IMG/VR virus record: IMGVR_UViG_3300045988_120055
Span: 53,031-117,030 of that record
Length of the DNA stretch: 64,000 bases
Source: a virus
Direction: 5' to 3' (one strand)
The notes under the pieces are model-generated. The model ran no database searches. It was given only the letters and a program-made list of their open reading frames with translations, and was not told where the DNA came from. The translations under genes were made by a program, and so were the position numbers. Below, in pieces: positions 57,465 to 64,000 of the stretch (its first letter is position 1; the number at the start of each line of letters is the position of its first letter).

Positions 57465-57659
57465 CTATTCTCTAATCTCGTTTGCAATGTCATTTCTTGT
57501 ACCTCTGATTGAACATCCTTCTGTATCATGTCGCATCAGGATCTCATAAATCTGTTCTTCCTCTTCATCTGTCAGAGAAAATCCTTCCCAGTATCCATAA
57601 TCATGCTCTCCGTGACACATAACGATTCCGATAATTTCCTGTTTTATTTCTGTATTCAT
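57465..57659 (-). CDS. small hypothetical protein
   Basis: 64 aa. Confidence 0.35.
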   Translation of the reverse strand: MNTEIKQEIIGIVMCHGEHDYGYWEGFSLTDEEEEQIYEILMRHDTEGCSIRGTRNDIANEIRE

Positions 57660-57665
57660 AATCTC

Positions 57666-57941
57666 TCACCCTTGTTCTTCTACAATGTCAATGTCATATT
57701 CTAAAAAAATTGACAGGTCATAATTATCTGTAACGCCCCATACACTTCTATATCCATCTTCTGCAAGATCTTCTCCACAATTGATGTCTGCTAAGATGAG
57801 TGCTTTTGTTGGAATATGTGTATGACAAGCAGTATCAATTTTTGCGTCAAGAATCTCTTTTCGTTTTGCTTCACACTCTTTAATGAAATACTCGACTTGT
57901 TCTTCGCCAGCCTTTGTTAATTTCCATTCTTTATCATTCAT
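57666..57941 (-). CDS. hypothetical protein
   Basis: 91 aa. Confidence 0.4.
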   Translation of the reverse strand: MNDKEWKLTKAGEEQVEYFIKECEAKRKEILDAKIDTACHTHIPTKALILADINCGEDLAEDGYRSVWGVTDNYDLSIFLEYDIDIVEEQG

Positions 57942-57976
57942 AATTTACTCTCCTATTCTGTGATAAAACTTTTCTT

Positions 57977-58261
57977 TTATGCTACTGCTTCAATCAATCG
58001 AATCATTGATTCTTTATAAATAGATGTTCCATCCATATCCAATCGTTCAATACATTCAACTACTGACATAGGTTTATTCTTTTGCAACTGCCATGCATAC
58101 ATACCAACCCAATCTTGTAATAAATTTAACATTGAATAATTTCCAAACGGACATCCTTTTGGCTTGAATTCAGTTAAGATTTCTTCTACTCTACTTGTTA
58201 ATGTTGCACGTACTGTTCCGCCTGATGTAACTACAATATAATTTTCTTTCATAATTTCCAC
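57977..58261 (-). CDS. hypothetical protein
   Basis: 94 aa. Confidence 0.4.
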   Translation of the reverse strand: MEIMKENYIVVTSGGTVRATLTSRVEEILTEFKPKGCPFGNYSMLNLLQDWVGMYAWQLQKNKPMSVVECIERLDMDGTSIYKESMIRLIEAVA

Positions 58262-58282
58262 TCCTATCTGTAATAAAACTTT

Positions 58283-58573
58283 CTATAAGGCTTTCAATTC
58301 TTCTTTTGTATACTTACTCCATTTTCCAGTCTGAACACCATTCATTCTTTCCTTAAAAGTTCTTTTTCTCATGCCATACTGTTCCGTTGCAACTCTATAA
58401 AAGTCATAGACAAGATCTTTTTTGGTATCAATAATCATAAAATCATGTGGATTATTCGTATTATCAAGAATGTATTGCATAAAATCTCTGAATGTGACAA
58501 GATCATTTGTCGTACACCAACATATTGCTTTATCATTTTCCTTTGTTACAAATTTTACTGTCTGCATATTCAT
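58283..58573 (-). CDS. hypothetical protein
   Basis: 96 aa. Confidence 0.4.
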   Translation of the reverse strand: MNMQTVKFVTKENDKAICWCTTNDLVTFRDFMQYILDNTNNPHDFMIIDTKKDLVYDFYRVATEQYGMRKRTFKERMNGVQTGKWSKYTKEELKAL

Positions 58574-58585
58574 TCCTCCTAGTCT

Positions 58586-58756
58586 TTAAAACATTAATCC
58601 ACCTAAGTCTGCTTTTGCCTTATGATCTTTTGCTAACCAAAAATTTCCGTCAAGCTGCACAAGGTCATATTTCCGTTTCATTCTTTCCAGCTCTTTATCA
58701 GTTTTACAAATATATGGATTAGATCCATCTTCAAATTTAATATGATTCCATACCAT
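58586..58756 (-). CDS. small hypothetical protein (56 aa)
   Basis: ATG 58756 after GAGGTGG RBS; MVWNHIKFEDGSNPYICKTDKELERMKRKYDLVQLDGNFWLAKDHKAKADLGGLMF; below ORF-track cutoff. Confidence 0.35.
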   Translation of the reverse strand: MVWNHIKFEDGSNPYICKTDKELERMKRKYDLVQLDGNFWLAKDHKAKADLGGLMF

Positions 58757-58767
58757 AATTTCCACCT

Positions 58768-59247
58768 CTATTCTTCTATATCAAACCATTCAGGTTTTCC
58801 ATCAATATAGCAACCACAATCCTCTGCCTCGAATTCTACTTCCTCAGGATTGAAGTCAATATTATCCATCACATAAGTTTTAATTTGTTCTTTTCTAAGA
58901 TCAACATTGTATTTTTCAGCTACAGCATCTAAAAAATCATCAATCTGATATGCGTCAGAACAATCCATGATACCGCTAATCGGGAACTCCTCTGCATAAT
59001 ATTTTCCATGAACCTCTACAATGTCACGCCATGTAAATTGATGTTCTTTGAATTCATTGATAATATCACTTGCAATCATTCCGACGATTGGTTGTTCTCC
59101 ATATTTCTGTCGTTCTAACTCACAATCAACTAATTCCAAAACATCAATATCTAATCCGTTTTCTGTTTCTACAATTGCACTATAATAATCTCTATATTTG
59201 TTCATAATTTCCACCTCATATCTTTCCATTAAAAAAGGAAGATACAT
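58768..59247 (-). CDS. hypothetical acidic protein
   Basis: 159 aa. Confidence 0.4.
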   Translation of the reverse strand: MYLPFLMERYEVEIMNKYRDYYSAIVETENGLDIDVLELVDCELERQKYGEQPIVGMIASDIINEFKEHQFTWRDIVEVHGKYYAEEFPISGIMDCSDAYQIDDFLDAVAEKYNVDLRKEQIKTYVMDNIDFNPEEVEFEAEDCGCYIDGKPEWFDIEE

Positions 59248-59292
59248 TTCTGCATCTTCCTAGATTACTTTGTTCTTGTATTAAATTTTCCG

Positions 59293-59637
59293 TTATTCTT
59301 TTTCCCCGATAAGCTGAATAATGCAACCAAAATCTCCAGCACGATATACTCTAATTTTGTCTGCCTTATAATCTGCCATCAATCCTATATCGTCATAGAT
59401 TTTGAGCCATGCCCTGAATCCTGATGATGTTTCAAATTCCATCTCTAAGGTATAGTGATCTCCGATCTTTGCATTCTCATCCACAATATAAGCATTATAT
59501 CTTCCATCACAGCCAAAATTTAAGATATTCGCCTTCAATCCGTCTTTTGTTGTGCCTACAAAAATTAAAGCCGCAATATCACTATCTCCAATAAACTCTC
59601 TTTCGTACTCTTTATATGATTTCATAATTTCCACCAC
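59293..59637 (-). CDS. hypothetical protein
   Basis: 114 aa. Confidence 0.4.
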   Translation of the reverse strand: MVEIMKSYKEYEREFIGDSDIAALIFVGTTKDGLKANILNFGCDGRYNAYIVDENAKIGDHYTLEMEFETSSGFRAWLKIYDDIGLMADYKADKIRVYRAGDFGCIIQLIGEKE

Positions 59638-59643
59638 CTTATT

Positions 59644-60363
59644 CTATAAACAATAACTAATTAACCATTCTTTTCCATCGTACTTTACAAAACTATACCC
59701 ATCCATTGGAATTTTTGTTTCCAACATCTTCTTAATTTTCTTATCAGCTTCAATTTCATCTGCATCTTCATGAAAATTTTTCATAAATTCAAAATTTTCT
59801 GTAAAATCTTCTAATGTATAAACAACTGTGCCATTGTTTAAATGCTTTTCTGCTTCTTTTCTAGTACAGCCATCTTCCATTAAAATTTCAACATTTTTTT
59901 CCATAGCCCAGAGTTCTTTTAAAAGCTGGATCACAAATTCTGGATATTCCATAAAGTAATACCATTCATAAGCTGATTCTATCTGATCCATTTCTTCTCT
60001 AGTGAGATCTTCATAGTATTCGTCGGTATATCCGTTTACATTTGCCCACGTTTCAAAATCCATTGCTGTTCTCTGGAATTCTTTTACCTTGCTACTGATT
60101 CGTTGCAAGTCATTTTTTTCAATTGTGATCAAAGGTTTTCCATAATCATCATAAAGATCTTCCCATAAGTCGTTATTCCATTTTGATTTTGGTTCATGCT
60201 GTATGTAAATGTTTGTTGATCCATTTATATTCCAGCCCGTTGTAGCAACTAATTTTCCACTTTCTTTTTCTATTCCATAAAACATTCCAGGCTTCACGCA
60301 AAATCCAGCGTATGAAGCATGGTTAAAATGTTCTGGCAAGATCATTTCTTTAAATTCGTACAT
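59644..60363 (-). CDS. hypothetical protein
   Basis: 239 aa. Confidence 0.4.
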   Translation of the reverse strand: MYEFKEMILPEHFNHASYAGFCVKPGMFYGIEKESGKLVATTGWNINGSTNIYIQHEPKSKWNNDLWEDLYDDYGKPLITIEKNDLQRISSKVKEFQRTAMDFETWANVNGYTDEYYEDLTREEMDQIESAYEWYYFMEYPEFVIQLLKELWAMEKNVEILMEDGCTRKEAEKHLNNGTVVYTLEDFTENFEFMKNFHEDADEIEADKKIKKMLETKIPMDGYSFVKYDGKEWLISYCL

Positions 60364-60504
60364 AATTTCCAGCCTTTCTGCCTATTTAGGACTTTAAAAT
60401 ATTAACTGTTCTCTTATATTATACACGATAATTTCCATCGTGAAAAGTAGCGAGGGCGGAATTAAACCGCCCGATAAAAGCACTCTTTTATCTACCATAC
60501 GCCA

Positions 60505-60605
60505 CCGTTTTTCCGTTCCAATACGTCACTACCATCAACCAGTAGTACAGTCATTCCGTTCATTTAAAGTAACTATTAGCTTCAATAGTCGAGTCTTTCC
60601 GTTAG
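60505..60605. repeat. three spaced TTCCGTT repeats (about 42-bp periodicity) inside a GC-richer, hairpin-rich noncoding island
   Basis: TTTTTCCGTTCC (60509), CATTCCGTTCA (60552), TCTTTCCGTTAG (60595); flanking hairpins CACGAT-N7-ATCGTG, GGGCGG-N7-CCGCCC, GTAGT-N7-ACTAC. Confidence 0.45.
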
Positions 60606-60640
60606 GGTGTAGTCTGCTTCACTACAGACAGTAAAAGCCT

Positions 60641-60898
60641 TTAATTGGCTATGTAACTGAATAATTTTGACGGATCTTCTTTTAAAATTTCCGTCATATC
60701 TTCTATTGCTTCTTCTTGTATTCTATACTTCCGAAAAATTCCGAACGTGTTCTTGAATAGCAAGAAATATCTGTATCCAAACAAATCATCGTCAATTCCA
60801 GCGTTTGGCGGATTTTCCGTAAAGTACAGTGTGCTATACTTGCGTTTTATCTGCGTTGCTAATGCTTCCATGGTCGTTCTCTTACTCATTCTTTCCAC
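60641..60898 (-). CDS. hypothetical protein
   Basis: 85 aa. Confidence 0.4.
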   Translation of the reverse strand: MERMSKRTTMEALATQIKRKYSTLYFTENPPNAGIDDDLFGYRYFLLFKNTFGIFRKYRIQEEAIEDMTEILKEDPSKLFSYIAN

Positions 60899-60905
60899 CT
60901 ATTTT

Positions 60906-61103
60906 CTATTCTTCTTTATATTTAAAATAAACATCTACGTTGTTCTTATCATCACGGCTCCAACTAGATCCAACGTATTTTCCACTTGCTCCACAATCTT
61001 CAAGATTGTATTCACAGCATAAGTCATTGTATTCATCGGGTGTATCACAAAAAATCTCCGTTCTACCACCTGCATAAGTGTTTTTTACTATCATAATTTC
61101 CAA
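60906..61103 (-). CDS. small Cys-containing hypothetical protein
   Basis: 65 aa. Confidence 0.35.
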   Translation of the reverse strand: MEIMIVKNTYAGGRTEIFCDTPDEYNDLCCEYNLEDCGASGKYVGSSWSRDDKNNVDVYFKYKEE

Positions 61104-61190
61104 CTCCCTTCTAAAAGATTGATGATTTTACAATATCTTGATAAATTGTTCTGCCAATATTATTGATATATCCATACTTATCCGTTCCAA

Positions 61191-61763
61191 CTAAATCTTT
61201 AAGTCGTTGCAAGGATTCCATACACAATAGCTTGTGACGTGTTTTCCTTTGCGTACACGTTTGTTATATGCAATGTAATAGTTTTTTCCATACGTTCCAT
61301 GTCTACCTCCGGCAGAAACACTTTTAATAATTTCCACATAAATCGTATGCTTTACAGCACGTTCACGGATCATTTTATCGGTTAATTTTCCAGTGCTGAT
61401 ATACTTTACTCTATAGGCTTTTAAGTCGTACTCGTGGCGTATATAATCGTTTACAAGCTGGATGTTCTTATTCTTTGCATTGATCTTTACGATCGAATCA
61501 TCGAGCTTGTTTCTAGTGCCGTGAGTATTGAATTTTACAGTTACAACGGTAGTCTCTGGATAGGCATATGATTCTTTGCGTACTTTCCAGCAATAGCCAT
61601 CTGCCGTATCAATTGTGCCGTCACTGTTATAAATGCCGTTTATCGTTCTGTACGTGCTTCTTTTTGTCTTTGCGTGTACTGTATTTTCCATCATTAAAAA
61701 AGCCGTAAACATGAGTGCTACGGCTAATAAGATCTTGATTGTTTTGTTCTGTTTTGTTTTCAT
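61191..61763 (-). CDS. secreted protein (signal peptide)
   Basis: MKTKQNKTIKILLAVALMFTAFLMMENTVHA signal sequence; 190 aa. Confidence 0.45.
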   Translation of the reverse strand: MKTKQNKTIKILLAVALMFTAFLMMENTVHAKTKRSTYRTINGIYNSDGTIDTADGYCWKVRKESYAYPETTVVTVKFNTHGTRNKLDDSIVKINAKNKNIQLVNDYIRHEYDLKAYRVKYISTGKLTDKMIRERAVKHTIYVEIIKSVSAGGRHGTYGKNYYIAYNKRVRKGKHVTSYCVWNPCNDLKI

Positions 61764-61783
61764 TGCGTTCTGTACCTTCTTTC

Positions 61784-61978
61784 CTATTCTTCTATATCTG
61801 TATCATCAAAAAATCCAACGCAAGCAAGCATATAGACAGCGGTAATCATTACCAATAATGCTTCTAAAATGAAGGCTTGCGGTATTCTTATAAACGTAAC
61901 AATAGCCGTTACAATCCATACAAGTGCAACGGCTATATCTGTTAGTTTTGGTTTATGTAATTGTGTCTTATTTTCCAT
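61784..61978 (-). CDS. small two-TM membrane protein
   Basis: 64 aa. Confidence 0.4.
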   Translation of the reverse strand: MENKTQLHKPKLTDIAVALVWIVTAIVTFIRIPQAFILEALLVMITAVYMLACVGFFDDTDIEE

Positions 61979-62279
61979 TGTTCTTTCCTCCTGGTTTATT
62001 TAAATCAATAATAATCGTATTATTTTCGTTAACAAAACTTCCATAAGAAAATCCATTTCCTTTTATATCGTGGCATTTTCTACCATTGGAAAGTATAGTA
62101 AGCTGATACGTTGCCTTTTGTAATCTGCGGATCAACTCGGTTACATTGTTTTGGCTCGCTGGATATCCCATTTTCTCACAAATTTCTTTGGCTAAACATA
62201 CTGTTTTATTTTTCTTTTCTGTTTTAACAAAAACATCTTTGCAACCCATCAAAAAGTAAAACCCATTCATTTTATTCAT
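61968..62279 (-). CDS. hypothetical protein
   Basis: 103 aa. Confidence 0.4.
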   Translation of the reverse strand: MNKMNGFYFLMGCKDVFVKTEKKNKTVCLAKEICEKMGYPASQNNVTELIRRLQKATYQLTILSNGRKCHDIKGNGFSYGSFVNENNTIIIDLNKPGGKNNGK

Positions 62280-62292
62280 ATCTTTTTACCTC

Positions 62293-62544
62293 CTACTCGT
62301 CAACTCTTTCTATCATGAAATTACCACCATGATATAAATTAAGTCCGTGATTTCCACCAGTAATATACATATCATCATTGATTCCATCACGTTCTATGTC
62401 ATCATCTGAAACAAATACACCAATATTTCCATCAGATTCTAGTTGATCGATCGCAAGATCTAAAATTGTGCCGTAGTCCGTTGTAGGTTCGTCAACTGTT
62501 ACAAGTTCGCTGAAATAACCAAAAATCACTCTGTATTTTGTCAT
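62293..62544 (-). CDS. hypothetical acidic protein
   Basis: 83 aa. Confidence 0.4.
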   Translation of the reverse strand: MTKYRVIFGYFSELVTVDEPTTDYGTILDLAIDQLESDGNIGVFVSDDDIERDGINDDMYITGGNHGLNLYHGGNFMIERVDE

Positions 62545-62635
62545 AATATCCTTCTTTCTGCCCTTTACGGGACTTTCTTTTTATAAGTTCAACAAAATAG
62601 ACAAGTCAAAACACGACTTGCCTATAATATTCAAT

Positions 62636-62998
62636 CTATAAATACGCCACAAACTCTGAAAAATTAACCGTATCATATAAGTTCTTGATTTTCTCATGAT
62701 ACACGTTATCCAGTTCTTCTTGAGTATCTACCCACGGCATACCATTAAAAACCTTCTCAGCTTCTTGCAAGATATACTGTTTTGCTAATGGCTGTAAATC
62801 ACAAACAACCGTTTCTGCTTCTTTATGTGGACAAAACGGTTCAATAAGATCCATTCTTATATTGTCTTTAATATAATCATCTAAACTTGAACCGTTCTTT
62901 TTATCATCCGATTTATTAAAAAATTCTAACAGTTGTCCAACCGTTAGAATTTTAATCTCATTGTCATCATATTCATCAGCATATAAATATTGTTCCAT
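62636..62998 (-). CDS. hypothetical protein
   Basis: 120 aa. Confidence 0.4.
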   Translation of the reverse strand: MEQYLYADEYDDNEIKILTVGQLLEFFNKSDDKKNGSSLDDYIKDNIRMDLIEPFCPHKEAETVVCDLQPLAKQYILQEAEKVFNGMPWVDTQEELDNVYHEKIKNLYDTVNFSEFVAYL

Positions 62999-63022
62999 AA
63001 TTCAAACACTCCTTTTATTTCT

Positions 63023-63535
63023 CTAATATGGCTTAACAATAGTTCCATAGATTGCATGGAACAAAGTATTTTCATACTTTTCATTTTCACAACCACTTAA
63101 TTTTTTTAGCTGATTTCTCATATTTTCATATACTTCCTGGAATTCTGTATATGCTTTTTTAGATACTTCTAACTGTTTTTCTAATGAAACAAGATTGTCT
63201 TTTAAATCGTCAATCCTATTATTGATCTTTTCTTTAATCTGATTTACGTCATAAAGAATAGGTATATATTGCCTATTCTCGTATTTTGTTTCGTGGCAAA
63301 AAATAGAGTCGTGTTCATAACCGCTGAACTCAGACCATCCACAGATTGATAATTCTGCACTATTATCTTTTGCCGTATATGTAGCTCCGTCAAAATTCTT
63401 TGACATATTTTTGAATGGTGCACCATCTTTTTTGGTTGGATATGTAACTTTCTCCCATTTTTCAATTAAGCACTTTGTTCTTTCGATCTGTCTTTTGATT
63501 TCTGTCTGAATTCCATCTAAATCATAATAGTTCAT
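63023..63535 (-). CDS. hypothetical coiled-coil protein
   Basis: 170 aa; GGAGGT RBS. Confidence 0.4.
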   Translation of the reverse strand: MNYYDLDGIQTEIKRQIERTKCLIEKWEKVTYPTKKDGAPFKNMSKNFDGATYTAKDNSAELSICGWSEFSGYEHDSIFCHETKYENRQYIPILYDVNQIKEKINNRIDDLKDNLVSLEKQLEVSKKAYTEFQEVYENMRNQLKKLSGCENEKYENTLFHAIYGTIVKPY

Positions 63536-63546
63536 AATATACCTCC

Positions 63547-64000
63547 TTAATTTAAAATTGAAATGTAGCCGTTAAATGCTTTAGAATCAACATACCAACC
63601 ACGAATATCCATTTCACGACCGTATTTTTCATAATCAAAATAATTTGATACACTCGTTGAAATGTTTTCGAGTAGTCCAGTATTATCAACATACTGATAA
63701 GCAACGTCTTTCATGCTGTCGCAATCTGAATAGATGATATAGTTACCATCTTCTACAATGTCAAAGGCTTCATCTAAAGTTGATGTTTCTGAACTAATTT
63801 CATTAAATACCGTTCTTTCTTCATCTGAAAGTTCTGAATACCGTTCTCCAATTTCCTGGAGTCTTGAAAGTGGTGTGTATTCTCCTAAGTCCGTTGTATC
63901 AAACTCTGCATCATAATCAGCGACAAAGTATTCTTCATATTTTGCATTGATACCGATTTCTTTTAAGATGTTCTTGATTTCATCTTCATCAGCAAGTGGG
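63547..64000 (-). CDS. ardA: antirestriction protein ArdA, C-terminal part (gene starts beyond window end)
   Basis: Minus-strand translation ...IIYSDCDSMKDVAYQYVDNTGLLENISTSVSNYFDYEKYGREMDIRGWYVDS... closely parallels the ArdA C-terminal signature (IIHSDCDDMYDVARYYIEETG...NYIDYQAYGRDLDLSG); stop at 63547. Confidence 0.7.
   Translation of the reverse strand, partial: PLADEDEIKNILKEIGINAKYEEYFVADYDAEFDTTDLGEYTPLSRLQEIGERYSELSDEERTVFNEISSETSTLDEAFDIVEDGNYIIYSDCDSMKDVAYQYVDNTGLLENISTSVSNYFDYEKYGREMDIRGWYVDSKAFNGYISILN

Overview
This AT-rich 64-kb window is almost entirely coding, and all but one gene (the XRE regulator) lies on the minus strand. It looks like the early, replication and accessory region of a large Firmicutes-type temperate phage or phage-plasmid. 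The replication module resembles SPbeta-like phages. No capsid, tail or terminase genes are visible.

The replisome runs from about 1 to 16 kb:
- a truncated NAD-dependent ligase at the left edge
- a RecD-like helicase
- an ERCC4 nuclease
- a PHP-type Pol III alpha, with a LAGLIDADG homing endonuclease gene wedged between it and the next gene
- a RecJ-like DHH exonuclease
- a Toprim primase
- a DnaB-like helicase
- an acidic-tailed ssDNA-binding-like protein

Other recognisable genes:
- two sigma-70-family sigma factors
- a minimal nucleotidyltransferase next to a HigA-like HTH
- a stand-alone NrnA-like DHH-DHHA1 phosphoesterase
- two nucleoside-2-deoxyribosyltransferase-like proteins
- a J-domain membrane protein
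- a flotillin plus PspA-like pair
- a four-gene NAD+ module: NadE, a NAMPT-family enzyme, a Prs-like kinase and PncA. The Prs-like/NAMPT-like pair matches the layout of the NARP1 NAD-reconstitution counter-defence.
- a complete HicA/HicB pair plus an orphan HicB-like gene
- a solitary MazF/PemK-like toxin
- a metallophosphatase
- a tyrosine recombinase next to a replication-initiator-like wHTH protein
- two Bro-N antirepressor-like proteins
- a T5orf172 protein
- ArdA at the right edge

Non-coding highlights:
- A full tRNA cloverleaf on the minus strand is split by a roughly 67-nt AT-rich insertion in the anticodon loop.
- A 48-bp promoter/operator element occurs twice, 43 kb apart. One copy sits upstream of the 3D-domain cell-wall gene and the other upstream of the MazF-like gene.
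- A consensus plus-strand promoter and terminator bracket a roughly 95-nt candidate sRNA in an otherwise minus-strand region.
- A divergent promoter/operator switch region surrounds the only plus-strand gene, the XRE regulator.
- The right-hand 11 kb shows TACACA and TTCCGT motif clusters and a structured GC-richer noncoding island.
- Several rho-independent terminators are present.

Many minus-strand ORFs remain hypothetical. No CRISPR array or rRNA was seen.
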